A stretch of DNA of 56,204 nt from a virus, in IMG/VR virus record IMGVR_UViG_3300017417_000001, positions 1 to 56,204 of that record. One strand, written 5' to 3'. Positions 36,226 to 45,273 of the stretch are shown piece after piece (the stretch's first letter is position 1; each line of letters begins with the position of its first letter). Under the pieces are notes generated by a model, which had not been told where the DNA came from, searched no databases, and saw only the letters and a program-made list of their open reading frames with translations. Position numbers and translations under genes: made by a program.

Positions 36226-36742
36226 GGTGGTCGTCTCCCTTTGCGGGCGATGGTCGTGGATCGGAGAGGGCGGAAGCCTTCGCATGGCCCTCAGCGTAGC
36301 CATCGTCCCAGCCGGTTTTGTAGGCCTCGTCGCGATGCTGCTGGACGTCGATTGCCAGGGCGGGATGCAGGGCGCCTCGCTCTAGCTCGACCCCCCGTTG
36401 CTCGGCTGCATCGGCACGCGCCCGTTGCTCGTTCATCTGGCGCAAAGCGGACTGGCGAGCTTCGTGCAGGCGCGTGACCCGCTCCTCTGCCTCGCGCAGT
36501 TCGGAGGCGAGCTGGTCTCGCTCGGCGCGGAGGGTGGCGAGCGGGCCGGCGATGAGGGCGTCGGCTTGCGTCCAGATCTCGTGCCGGGCGTCGGCAGCCC
36601 TTCCATCTGGGATGTCCGCCGCGATCTTGCCGGCCTGCTCCCAAGTCGCATCCGGCAACGATCCATAGCGTGCGGTCCACAGGAAGCGCGCGATCTCCTC
36701 CCGCAGGGCCTCTTCCTGATCGGCAGGAACGGGGGCGGTCAT
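36218..36742 (-). CDS. Hypothetical coiled-coil early protein
   Basis: 174-aa ORF with an ATGA-type overlap with the upstream gene. Confidence 0.6.
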   Translation of the reverse strand: MTAPVPADQEEALREEIARFLWTARYGSLPDATWEQAGKIAADIPDGRAADARHEIWTQADALIAGPLATLRAERDQLASELREAEERVTRLHEARQSALRQMNEQRARADAAEQRGVELERGALHPALAIDVQQHRDEAYKTGWDDGYAEGHAKASALSDPRPSPAKGDDHHG

Positions 36743-37671
36743 GCGGCTTCTCCGGACATGCAGGCGCAGCGCGTGACCTCGGCTGCTTCCTCTGCCGTCA
36801 GGACGCGGTCGCGCAGTTGGGTCAGGGTGAGCGGGCGCTTAATGGTTTTGGTGTCACCGGGTTGTTTGCGCCGATCTGTCATCATCGACACGTCGCCTAA
36901 TACGGCACGCAACTCCTGCTCCCGGCGCTCGGCATAGGCATAGCGCTCAGGAAAGGTCCCCAGCATCAGCTTCCAGTGGACTTGGCCGCCCTTGCAGCAG
37001 TGGCCGCCGCAGTTCGAATGCGAGAAGGCCCAGACGCTGAGCCGCTGTTGCCAAAGCCCGGCGCCGTCGACGATTGGCCGGATCAGCCACGGCATCACTG
37101 GGTGGTCGATCAGTGGCGCTTCGAACCGCCAGCCAGCGTCGGCCATCTGCGCGCGGAGGCCGCGAGTACTCAGGCGTTCCGAGCCCTCGAACCGCGCCCG
37201 CTCAGTGTCGTCAATCCCAACGATAACGATCGTCTCGGCCGGATCGCAGTTCTCGCGCAACCACCGGTCGCCGAGGTTTCGCTTCAGGATCTTGCTGCAA
37301 GGGTCGGCACGGCTGTTTCCTAGAAACCGCTCATGCTCGTAGACATCGAACGGATCGCGCCCATCAGCGATCCAGTGGAAGTCCGGCATCAGATCGCGCA
37401 CACGAGCGGCCAGCGTCAGGACATAAGCCTTGTAGAGCGGGCGATCTTCCCAAGCTGGGAAGTCGGCGATCTTAGGTAGAAAGCCCGGCGGCAGCGTGAT
37501 GCCGAAGAGGTGAGCCGCCCCAGCGATCAGGAAGCGGTAGGTATCCTGGTCCTCGATCAGCGTGTCAGTGAACAGGACCTCAAACCGCTCGGGCGCGTGC
37601 CGATCGATGTAGGTGCGGGCCGCGAGCCATGAGCCCTCACCGCCGGATAGCTTTGCGATGATACGGGTCAC
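36739..37671 (-). CDS. PAPS-reductase-family PP-loop ATP pyrophosphatase-like protein
   Basis: N-terminal PP-loop variant AKLSGGEGSWLAA and a C-terminal Cys cluster SHSNCGGHCCKGG. 310 aa. Confidence 0.7.
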   Translation of the reverse strand: MTRIIAKLSGGEGSWLAARTYIDRHAPERFEVLFTDTLIEDQDTYRFLIAGAAHLFGITLPPGFLPKIADFPAWEDRPLYKAYVLTLAARVRDLMPDFHWIADGRDPFDVYEHERFLGNSRADPCSKILKRNLGDRWLRENCDPAETIVIVGIDDTERARFEGSERLSTRGLRAQMADAGWRFEAPLIDHPVMPWLIRPIVDGAGLWQQRLSVWAFSHSNCGGHCCKGGQVHWKLMLGTFPERYAYAERREQELRAVLGDVSMMTDRRKQPGDTKTIKRPLTLTQLRDRVLTAEEAAEVTRCACMSGEAA

Positions 37672-39191
37672 GACCGCACCTCCCCGGCCTGATCCTGGCT
37701 CGCATGGATGGTGGCTAGAGCGTCGGACAGCTTCACGGCCGACATGTGCCAGGGCTCGACTGCCGCTTCCGCTTCGGCATCCTCGCGGGTGTAGTGGCCG
37801 GCCTCATTTGGGCTCACCGTGTAGCCGCATCGGTTCGGTCGGTAGAAGTAGCCGCCCTTCCGGATCAGATACGGATCCTCCAGCAGCGCCTTTGCCTCCC
37901 CTGCAGGATCGGGTTGGCTTCGCGGAGTGCATCCACGATGACCAGCGCCGGCAGCTTCCAGAGCATCGTCGAGATCCGCCGGCGCTGGCAGACGCCGCCA
38001 AGCAATCGGCTGATCCTCAATCTGGCCGTCCGCATATTCGCCATCGCTTTCGCCGGCCCACCACCAGGATCCGTCATGGGCCTCAGAATTGAAATAAGCC
38101 TCGCCGACGATGGCTATCTTGTCTGGGCCGCTTAAGATGACCGTCAGCAGAACTGGGGTGCGGTCCTTCGGTGCCGCCTCCATGTCAAAGCACCAATTGT
38201 CGACGGCGCCCGTCCCCTCATCGGCCGATCCCGTTCCTGCTGGGAGAGATGCGGGGACGGAACTCTGGCGAACTAGCCTGCCATACTCACCGTCGAGAGT
38301 CTCAAACTGCTGGCGATGGTAATGCGCGATCTCTTGCGCATCCCTAAGTTGGTCGCGCAGAGCTTCAATCTCGGTCTCGCGCGCGGAAGCTTCGACGAGC
38401 TTATTTTCACGGAAATCATTGACCAAACGGCAGACGAACTCGGCAACCCGCCTTGTACAAGAGGCTATGCTACCGGCGTCATCGCCATCGTCATGCGTGA
38501 CAATGCCGTCGCATGCGATTTCGCTCGGGCCGCCATCTTCGTCATGCGCCTCATGTTCGTCTGGATACCAAGTTCCTTTCGGGGCAGCCGCACTAAGCCG
38601 TTCCAGTTCCCGCAGATCCACCCGCTCTGCGGTGAGTGGAGGGGACGAGGATCCTTGCTGGGCGGCGAGAGGCCCGAGCCCACGCAGGTAGCCTTCTAGT
38701 TCGTCGTTAAACACCTCGGCTGCGCCCACAGAAATCAGCCGTTCCTCGCGGGTTCCGCCTTTGCTGAGCACGATCCGAACGTAGGAGCCGGATGGGTCAG
38801 GCTCGTTCTTCCCGTTGACCGGGCCGGAAACACTGATGTCGCGGAGCGACGATGATCCTTGCTGGGCGGGAGGGGGCGGAGCGGCGGCGATCATCGCTTC
38901 GTAGACCGAGCCGAGACCGCCCCATCCGCCCGTCTCAGCAGCTTCATAGGCATCGTGGGCGGCGTAGGCTGCGTCGAGCATCGCCTTGGTAGCCTGCTTA
39001 GGCAGCAGCACGAAGCCATCCGCTCCCCCGGCGGCACCTGCGCGGGCCATGTCCCGGGCCTCGGCGAAGGCGTTGGCCTGCCCCTCCCAAAAACACACCC
39101 TATTAATGGGCTTGGCAGTTCTAGCCTGCTTCACAGCCTCCTCGCGCTTGGCCTCGAAGCGTGCGGCCAGGTCCGTGGTGGGGTTCGTCAT
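37668..39191 (-). CDS. Composite early protein (Ead/Ea22-like segment, DUF551-like segment, further modules)
   Basis: 507 aa. It contains LRELERLSAAAPKGTWY (Ea22-like), EAAPKDRTPVLL..WWWAGE (DUF551-like) and a duplicated AQQGSSS linker. Confidence 0.65.
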   Translation of the reverse strand: MTNPTTDLAARFEAKREEAVKQARTAKPINRVCFWEGQANAFAEARDMARAGAAGGADGFVLLPKQATKAMLDAAYAAHDAYEAAETGGWGGLGSVYEAMIAAAPPPPAQQGSSSLRDISVSGPVNGKNEPDPSGSYVRIVLSKGGTREERLISVGAAEVFNDELEGYLRGLGPLAAQQGSSSPPLTAERVDLRELERLSAAAPKGTWYPDEHEAHDEDGGPSEIACDGIVTHDDGDDAGSIASCTRRVAEFVCRLVNDFRENKLVEASARETEIEALRDQLRDAQEIAHYHRQQFETLDGEYGRLVRQSSVPASLPAGTGSADEGTGAVDNWCFDMEAAPKDRTPVLLTVILSGPDKIAIVGEAYFNSEAHDGSWWWAGESDGEYADGQIEDQPIAWRRLPAPADLDDALEAAGAGHRGCTPRSQPDPAGEAKALLEDPYLIRKGGYFYRPNRCGYTVSPNEAGHYTREDAEAEAAVEPWHMSAVKLSDALATIHASQDQAGEVRS

Positions 39192-39529
39192 CGGGCGGCT
39201 CCTGGCTTATCGGCGAAGAGGTCGGTGGTCCGGCCGCAGCGGGCGATACGGGCGCGCGCAGCGGCATCGCGGAAGCCGGTGCATGCAGGCTGGCCGTCCG
39301 CGCCGTACTGCCACTCGACCGGGTAGCCAGGCTCGCCGATCCCGTGCGCCATGGAGGCGACGAAGATCGTGCAGCCTTGGCCCGCGAAGCCATGGCGGCG
39401 GGAGCACGCCGAGCACCAAGCCTCAGCGAAGATCTCGCCTTCCGTACCGTTACTTGGGCGGTAGGGATGGCCGGCGCTGGACTTCAGACGCTCGGCCATG
39501 TCGTCCGGATAGATGCGCCGTTCCATCAT
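39188..39529 (-). CDS. Hypothetical Cys-containing protein (PSNGTEG..F...WC..C motif)
   Basis: 113-aa ORF with 4-nt overlaps on both sides. Confidence 0.6.
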   Translation of the reverse strand: MMERRIYPDDMAERLKSSAGHPYRPSNGTEGEIFAEAWCSACSRRHGFAGQGCTIFVASMAHGIGEPGYPVEWQYGADGQPACTGFRDAAARARIARCGRTTDLFADKPGAAR

Positions 39530-39750
39530 CGGGCGGCTCCCGTGGTGAGGGCTAGGATCTCCGCTTCAGCGATCTCGACCGCCTCTTCCCGGTCAGCGTC
39601 GCAGTGAAAGAGCAGGCCCGGCGTTGCGTTTTCCCAGCGCTGAACGATCCGCTCAGCGGCGGCCTTGATCCGATCACGGGCGCTGAGAGCCTTCTCCCCC
39701 TCGCCAGCCCCGGACGCTGCGTGTGTCGTGGTGGTGCTGGACTCGGCCAT
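39526..39750 (-). CDS. Small hypothetical protein
   Basis: ATG at 39750, 74 aa, just downstream of the methyltransferase stop. Confidence 0.5.
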   Translation of the reverse strand: MAESSTTTTHAASGAGEGEKALSARDRIKAAAERIVQRWENATPGLLFHCDADREEAVEIAEAEILALTTGAAR

Positions 39751-39754
39751 GGGG

Positions 39755-41917
39755 CTACTCTGCTGCAAAGAGGGGCATCGGGACGGCCTTGGCCGCCGGG
39801 CGCACGCGGGCATCGGCCTCGCGGTAGTTCGCGGCGACGAGCGCCTGCGCCATGTCGGGGCACACGGAATTCCCGCACATGCGCCCCTGCTGCTCGAGGG
39901 TGAGCGGGACGATCGAGCCGTCCTCGAGCATGCCGCGATCGATCACGTAGTCCGACCGGAATCCCTGCGCGTTGAAGCGCTCGCGCGGCGTCAGCATCCG
40001 CATGCCGATGTCGACGATCACGTGGGGCTCGCCGTCGACCATCACCGTGACGACGCCGAATCCGTCCTTGGCCCGGACGGTGTGCAGCGGCTCGGTGGCC
40101 GACTGGGCGAAGGCCCCGGTCCCGTACCACTTCGTCAGGAAGGCATAGACGGCGCCCGCGTGGTTGCCGCCGGCGGTGAACGTCGGCGCCGGGCTATCCG
40201 CGGCCGCGCTCCGGCCGTCGGCCCCGTGCATGTTGATGAGGTGCGCCGCGACGACGTTCTGGTGCCCGCCGGCGGCCGTGATGGTCGAGATCGGCTCCCG
40301 GGCATCGGCCCCGGCCTTAACCGCCCCGCCGCGCTCGGTGTTGTGCTGCGCCAGGAATGCGGCGACGACCTTCGTCTTGCCCTGGCCGTGCGGCATGACG
40401 GTTGGCGCTGGCTCATCCACGGCAGCCCCAACCGACATGCCGAAGTCGCGGGCGAGATGCGCCGCCACCACGCTGACCTTGTCGCGACCGGACAGGGTGT
40501 GCGTCGGTTGCTCCGCCTGCTGCCCTACCGATTTGCCGTAGTGCTTCTGCAGGTGGACCGCTGCGAGGCTCCCCTCGTTGCCGGTCGGCACAATGACGGG
40601 CGCCGGCTCCTCGACGGACCGGGCGCGCGGATCCTGGCCGGGCCGCTCGCCGTAGCGTGGTACGAGGCAGGCGCCGACCAGACTGAGGCCGGCCCCCTGT
40701 GCCGTGATGGTGTGCGCGGGCTCGTCGACCGCAGTGTGCGGTTTGTCGGCGCTTCGCATCGTCATCAGGTGCGGGCACACGACCCCGAGCGGCGCCGCGC
40801 CGCCGCCGTGCGTCTCGCTGGCATGCGAGGTCACGGTGGCAAGCGGGCGATCGATCTCGTGGCCGGTGGCGCCGCGGTTGAACTTGGTCACGAAGGGCGC
40901 GACGATCGCGTTCTGGTCCTTCGGGCTGGCCGTGATCGTGTGCAGCGGGCCGCCCGCATCCCGATTGCCGCCGCCCTGCTGACCATAGGTGACGAAGGGC
41001 TGCACCAGTGCGTCGCCGCTGTAGTGCGTCGCCGTCGGCATCGGCTCGTCGAGGCCGCGATCGCGCCGGCCACGGCTGTCGCCATGGTTCACCCGCACCA
41101 GGAACGGCTTCGCGGCCTTCACCACGTAGCGCATCGTTCCCTTGGCGATCCGAGCCATCGTCGCCTCGGCGAGCGGGCGGTTCGCGCGGATACCGTGCTT
41201 CGCCTTGATCTCGGCTGAGGTCTCGAAGATCGACGGGCACGGCAGCGACCAGTCGATGATCTCGGCTGCCGTTCGCCAGGGCTTGAGCCGGCCGGACCGC
41301 ACGCCCTCGCTGTCCGGCGCGCCATGCGTCGGCTCCGGCCAGACGATCAGCTTCCCGTCCCGGCGCGCGACCAGGAACAGCCGCTTCCGGATTGTAGGCG
41401 CGCCATAGTCGCAAGCCCGCAGCTCGCGCCATTCGACGACGTAGCCCATGGCCTCCAGGGCGGCGACGAACTGCTTGAACGTGGCGCCACGCTGGACCGG
41501 GCACGGCCGGCCGTCATCGAGCAGCGGGCCCCAATCGGCGAACTCCTCGACATTCTCCAGGAACACGACCCGCGGCCGCTGGCGCTTCGGCAGGCTCTTG
41601 ATCCAGCGCACGCCGACCCAGGCCAGGCCGCGGATCGCCTTCTCACGCGGCTTACCGCCCTTCGCCTTGCTGAAGTGCTTGCAGTCCGGGCTCATCCATA
41701 GAAGCCCGACATCACGGCCGGCACACAGACCGACCGCATCGACGTTCCAGACGTCCTCCTCGATGTGGTGCGTGCCCGGATGGTTGATCCGGTGCATCGC
41801 GAGCGCCAGGCCGTCGTGGTTCAGCGCATAGTCCGGGTCCCGGCCGAGCGCGGCGCGGATGCCCTCGGACGCGCCGCCGCCGCCCGCGAAGCTGTCGATG
41901 ATCAGAGGCGCGCTCAT
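39755..41917 (-). CDS. DNA (cytosine-5) methyltransferase with expanded variable region
   Basis: Motif I DSFAGGGGAS, motif IV SPDCKHFS, motif VI FLENV, motif VIII APTIRKRLFLVA, motif IX RMLTPRERFNAQGF and motif X GNSVCP. About 350 aa lie between motifs VIII and IX. Confidence 0.92.
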   Translation of the reverse strand: MSAPLIIDSFAGGGGASEGIRAALGRDPDYALNHDGLALAMHRINHPGTHHIEEDVWNVDAVGLCAGRDVGLLWMSPDCKHFSKAKGGKPREKAIRGLAWVGVRWIKSLPKRQRPRVVFLENVEEFADWGPLLDDGRPCPVQRGATFKQFVAALEAMGYVVEWRELRACDYGAPTIRKRLFLVARRDGKLIVWPEPTHGAPDSEGVRSGRLKPWRTAAEIIDWSLPCPSIFETSAEIKAKHGIRANRPLAEATMARIAKGTMRYVVKAAKPFLVRVNHGDSRGRRDRGLDEPMPTATHYSGDALVQPFVTYGQQGGGNRDAGGPLHTITASPKDQNAIVAPFVTKFNRGATGHEIDRPLATVTSHASETHGGGAAPLGVVCPHLMTMRSADKPHTAVDEPAHTITAQGAGLSLVGACLVPRYGERPGQDPRARSVEEPAPVIVPTGNEGSLAAVHLQKHYGKSVGQQAEQPTHTLSGRDKVSVVAAHLARDFGMSVGAAVDEPAPTVMPHGQGKTKVVAAFLAQHNTERGGAVKAGADAREPISTITAAGGHQNVVAAHLINMHGADGRSAAADSPAPTFTAGGNHAGAVYAFLTKWYGTGAFAQSATEPLHTVRAKDGFGVVTVMVDGEPHVIVDIGMRMLTPRERFNAQGFRSDYVIDRGMLEDGSIVPLTLEQQGRMCGNSVCPDMAQALVAANYREADARVRPAAKAVPMPLFAAE
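40043..41104 (-). repeat. Ten tandem coding repeats of 33-41 aa inside the C5 methyltransferase (TRD-like units)
   Basis: Every unit has a hydrophobic start (FL/HL/FV), a Gly-containing segment, then (D/E)EP-x-x-T-(I/V)-T-like, then hydrophobic VVAA/IVAP. Example cores are DEPMPTAT, GGPLHTITA, DRPLATVTS, DEPAHTITA, EEPAPVIVP, EQPTHTLSG, DEPAPTVMP, REPISTITA, DSPAPTFTA and TEPLHTVRA. Confidence 0.85.
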
Positions 41918-42069
41918 GCCGCCACCTCGTCACCGCTCGCCGGCGCACTGCACGCATCCGCCAGCGCATCCTCCGCCCGCACGTCGCCGTGCAGCACCAC
42001 CGCCAGGCCGATCAGGCAGACGAGGGACACGGCGCCGATTCCGGTCATGAACCCGAGCCAGAACATCAT
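41914..42069 (-). CDS. Small single-TM protein
   Basis: MMFWLGFMTGIGAVSLVCLIGLAVVLHG..., 51 aa, with ATGA overlaps on both sides. Confidence 0.45.
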   Translation of the reverse strand: MMFWLGFMTGIGAVSLVCLIGLAVVLHGDVRAEDALADACSAPASGDEVAA

Positions 42070-42386
42070 CGCGCCACCTCTTCGCTGACGCGGCCGCCGA
42101 CGGCCCGGATCGCCTTGTCGAGCGTGTCGAAGGCGATCTCGGTGGGTATGGCGACCATGCCGCCGTGACGGGTCATGTCGCTGTGCAGGTCGCGCGCGGC
42201 GGCCCGGGCGGCGATAAGCAGTTGCTCGTCGGCAGGCTTGTGACCCGCCTCTGCGATCTCGATCTCGCGCTGCGCCGTCCGAAGCGCCTCCAAGGTCTCG
42301 TCGACGACGAGCCCGCCGGCGGCCATGTCGACCTTGAAGAACCGGTTGAGGCGGTGTGCCGCCGTGAGCAGGGTCTCGGCGCTCAT
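42066..42386 (-). CDS. Hypothetical early protein
   Basis: 106-aa helical ORF. Confidence 0.6.
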   Translation of the reverse strand: MSAETLLTAAHRLNRFFKVDMAAGGLVVDETLEALRTAQREIEIAEAGHKPADEQLLIAARAAARDLHSDMTRHGGMVAIPTEIAFDTLDKAIRAVGGRVSEEVAR

Positions 42387-42553
42387 CGCTGATCTCCTCG
42401 ATCATCTTCAGCTGCCAGCCCGCGCACAGCCGGCAGGGTGACCGGTCCGCGCCGGTTCTTGGCGACGCCGAGCAGCTGCCGCGTGTGGCCGGCATACGGG
42501 TCGCGCTTCGGCGGCGGCGCGGTGGGGCGTGCCTTCGAACGGAGGACCATCAT
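42383..42553 (-). CDS. Small basic hypothetical protein
   Basis: 56 aa. Its start overlaps the stop of the wHTH gene and its end overlaps the next start. Confidence 0.35.
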   Translation of the reverse strand: MMVLRSKARPTAPPPKRDPYAGHTRQLLGVAKNRRGPVTLPAVRGLAAEDDRGDQR

Positions 42554-42984
42554 CACGCGGCCGCTCGCTCGGAATCCCACTGCGCCCGGTCGGCCGCCAC
42601 GATGGCGTCGAACCGCGCGCAGCTCTCCGGCGACATGCGCCAGCCGCGGCCCCAGATCGTCTCGATGGTGATCTGCGCTTGGGCGTGCTGGAGCTTTCGC
42701 CGAAGCTTGCAGATCCAGACGTCGATGATTTTCTGGCAGGGCACTTCGTCCCACATGCCGTAGAGCGTCAGCATTGCGCGCTCATGGTGCAGGACGTTCG
42801 GCCCGACCGCGCGGATGGCTCGGATCAGGCACTCTTCCGTCCTGCTGAGCCGCCACGCGCGCGGCAGGATCACCGTCGGGGCGAGCGCCTCCTCAAGCTG
42901 GCGCACGTGCTCGCGCAGGGTGTCCCGCTCCTCCAGAAGGGCGATGACCTGCTCGCGGGTGAGGTAGTGATCGCGGTCGGCCAT
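42553..42984 (-). CDS. OmpR/PhoB-type winged-helix DNA-binding protein (Trans_reg_C-like)
   Basis: The C-terminal half (LSRTEECLIRAI...IIDVWICKLRRKL...ITIETIWGRGWRMS) matches the Trans_reg_C pattern. The N-terminus is a coiled coil. Confidence 0.7.
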   Translation of the reverse strand: MADRDHYLTREQVIALLEERDTLREHVRQLEEALAPTVILPRAWRLSRTEECLIRAIRAVGPNVLHHERAMLTLYGMWDEVPCQKIIDVWICKLRRKLQHAQAQITIETIWGRGWRMSPESCARFDAIVAADRAQWDSERAAA

Positions 42985-43916
42985 TAGGCAGCCTCCTCGT
43001 TGGCCGGGGTGAAGCCGGGGAAGTCGTCGGTGCCGGCCTGGGCGTCGGCAGCCTCAGCCGCCGCGACGAGCTCATCGAAGATCTCATCGAGCGCGGTCCG
43101 GGCACGGTCCGGCAGCGCGGCCCGCCACTGGTCGAGCGCGAAGGACCCCTCGGCCGCGCGGGCCCGGGCATCGGCGAACAGATCGGCCTTCGTCCGCTTC
43201 GGAGCCTTGGCGCCGCCGCGGGCCCAGGCCGCGAGCTGCTGACCGCAGGCCTCGTCGATCGCCTGGCGCTCCGGGAAGAACGGCCGGTGCTGCTCCTGGA
43301 GCTTGTGCGGCAGGTCGAAGCGCGGGATCCCGGGCGAGTCCGGCGAGAGTGTGAAGCTCGCCGTCATCTCGTACATGAACCGCTTCTCGCAGATCGGCAT
43401 CCAGCCGAGCGGGCGGACCTGGGTGCGGCCGCCCTCGCGGACGATCTCGATCTTCTCGTCGGCGCGCAGGCAGAAGATCAGCGTGGCGCGGCACTGGAGC
43501 AGCGCGTTCATCATCCGCTTGTGCGCGAGCTTCGGCTCCTTCCAGTTGCCCGGGGCCTTCGTGCCGGCCTCTGCCAGCGCGTCGGCCCAGTCGATGATCC
43601 CGCCCTCGCCGTCATATTCGTGGCTGAAGCTGTCGAGGATCACGACCTCGGCACCAGTGTCCTCCGCGGCGGCGATCGCCTCGACGAACCGGGCCGGCTT
43701 GAACGGCGGCCGCATGTCGGCGTGCAGGAACCGGTGCTGCTCGGCGTAGTGCAGGCCGCGCCGGGCCTCGGTATCGACGAACGCGATCTTGCCCGATGGC
43801 GAGATGCCCTCGGCGAGCCGCAGCGCGGACTTGGTCTTGCCTGAACCGGAAGCGCCGGCCAGGGCGATCAAGAGCGAGACCTGCTCGCGGACGGCGGGTG
43901 CGAAGGTGAAGCTCAC
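42984..43916 (-). CDS. RecA-like NTPase, Sak4 / AAA_24-type recombination ATPase
   Basis: GTG start with a GTGA overlap. Walker A is LIALAGASGSGKT and Walker B-like is VVILDSFSHE. 310 aa, next to the exonuclease gene. Confidence 0.75.
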   Translation of the reverse strand: MSFTFAPAVREQVSLLIALAGASGSGKTKSALRLAEGISPSGKIAFVDTEARRGLHYAEQHRFLHADMRPPFKPARFVEAIAAAEDTGAEVVILDSFSHEYDGEGGIIDWADALAEAGTKAPGNWKEPKLAHKRMMNALLQCRATLIFCLRADEKIEIVREGGRTQVRPLGWMPICEKRFMYEMTASFTLSPDSPGIPRFDLPHKLQEQHRPFFPERQAIDEACGQQLAAWARGGAKAPKRTKADLFADARARAAEGSFALDQWRAALPDRARTALDEIFDELVAAAEAADAQAGTDDFPGFTPANEEAA

Positions 43917-44890
43917 GCGGCGCTCTCCATGTCGAGGGGGCGGAACGGGCTCTGAGCGACGTCGTAGGACACGCCCTCGAGCCGCGGGTCGGTCTGCTCG
44001 CGCTCGGCCCAGCGGCTGGCAGCCCATTCTGGGAAGCCGAAGCGGACGATCTGCGCCGGGTAGCCCGGCCACTCGCCGGTGGCCCGACAGCGGTTCCAGA
44101 GGTGGATCGCGGCCGTGACCTTCCGAGCGCCGATCTCCATGCCGGTGCCGTCCGTCTCAGCGACGCACACGCCGTTCGGCTCGTCGGCTTCGGCGAAGAT
44201 CCAGCGGAAGCGGATGCGCCCGGCCAGATGCGGCAGCAGGATCGACAGCACGCGCACGTAGAGCGCTGCCTGAACCTCCATGCCCATCTGCTCGACGCGC
44301 CGGCCGAGGCCCTGCGGTGCCGCCGGCAGGCTGGACGTCTTCACGTCCCAGATGATCGCGTGCGTCGGGTGGATCTCGACGCGATCCATCATGATCCGCA
44401 GCCAGGCCCCGGATCGGTCCTGAGCGACGGCGACCACCTCGGCCGGTGCCGTCGCGAAGCCCTCGCACCCGGGAATCAGCGGCAGCCGCGCCAACACGCG
44501 GTCAGCGATCCTCTCAGCCGTCACCAGGTCGGGCATCAGGATCGGGCAGCGGCCGTCCCGATAGGCGTCAGCGCGCGCGGTCTTGGCGTCGACCTTCTTG
44601 TAGTCATCGAAGTCGATCGGCACGACCTCGGCGCCCTGCCCGAGGATCAGCTTGTGCGCGACGGTGCCGATCTCCATCGGCCGCGTCGGATCTCTCTCGT
44701 CGGCCCGCTCGGCTCGCAGGCGCGGGTGAGCGAGTGCCGCGTGCTCCGGGCTTTGCTCGAGCAGGATCTTCGCGACCGACGAGGACAGCGACGGCTCGGG
44801 CGCGCAGTCGGCGTGGTAGACGTCTGCGCTCATCCGGTAGAGCCCGGGGCCGCGGACGAAGCCGGCGAGGTGCGGGGCGATCTTCATCAT
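43913..44890 (-). CDS. PD-(D/E)XK exonuclease (RecE-like, DUF3799-type)
   Basis: Start at MMKIAPH after GGAGG. It contains SADVYHADC..PSLSSS, GTVAHKLILG and IWDVKTS (D..D/E-x-K). 325 aa. Confidence 0.75.
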   Translation of the reverse strand: MMKIAPHLAGFVRGPGLYRMSADVYHADCAPEPSLSSSVAKILLEQSPEHAALAHPRLRAERADERDPTRPMEIGTVAHKLILGQGAEVVPIDFDDYKKVDAKTARADAYRDGRCPILMPDLVTAERIADRVLARLPLIPGCEGFATAPAEVVAVAQDRSGAWLRIMMDRVEIHPTHAIIWDVKTSSLPAAPQGLGRRVEQMGMEVQAALYVRVLSILLPHLAGRIRFRWIFAEADEPNGVCVAETDGTGMEIGARKVTAAIHLWNRCRATGEWPGYPAQIVRFGFPEWAASRWAEREQTDPRLEGVSYDVAQSPFRPLDMESAA

Positions 44891-45273
44891 CGCCTCCGAA
44901 TCGGGGCCATGAACGCCGGCCGATACCGCTCGCATTCGAGCGAGCGCCCGAGCCGCTCCGCTTCCCGCGTGACCATCTCCAGGTGTTGGCGGATGGCCGC
45001 GAAGTCGGCCTTGCGCGCCGGCAGATCGCCGAAGCGAATCCCAGTGCCCTCGAAGGCCTTCAGGATCGCCATCGCCAGATCCTCGGACCGACGCGGCGTC
45101 GTGGCGGGCACGTAGCCCTGATCGTAGAGGCGCAGCGCGACGTCGCGCGGCGTGATCACGTCGGCGGCTTCGGCCGGCCGCGGGCTGGGGCTGGCCATGG
45201 CGGCCTCCGTGGTAAGAGGGAAGACGGCGCGGGTCATCACGACCTCGGCCTCGGTGAAGGGCGGGAAGGTCAC
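44887..45273 (-). CDS. Hypothetical early protein
   Basis: GTG start overlapping the upstream stop (GTGA). 128 aa. Confidence 0.5.
   Translation of the reverse strand: MTFPPFTEAEVVMTRAVFPLTTEAAMASPSPRPAEAADVITPRDVALRLYDQGYVPATTPRRSEDLAMAILKAFEGTGIRFGDLPARKADFAAIRQHLEMVTREAERLGRSLECERYRPAFMAPIRRR

Noticed and set aside
40043-41104. Regularly spaced repeats of about 100-120 bp that could be mistaken for a CRISPR-like or satellite array.
   Set aside because: The repeats are diverged at the DNA level, have no unique spacers, and lie in frame inside a methyltransferase gene with intact flanking catalytic motifs. They are protein-domain repeats.
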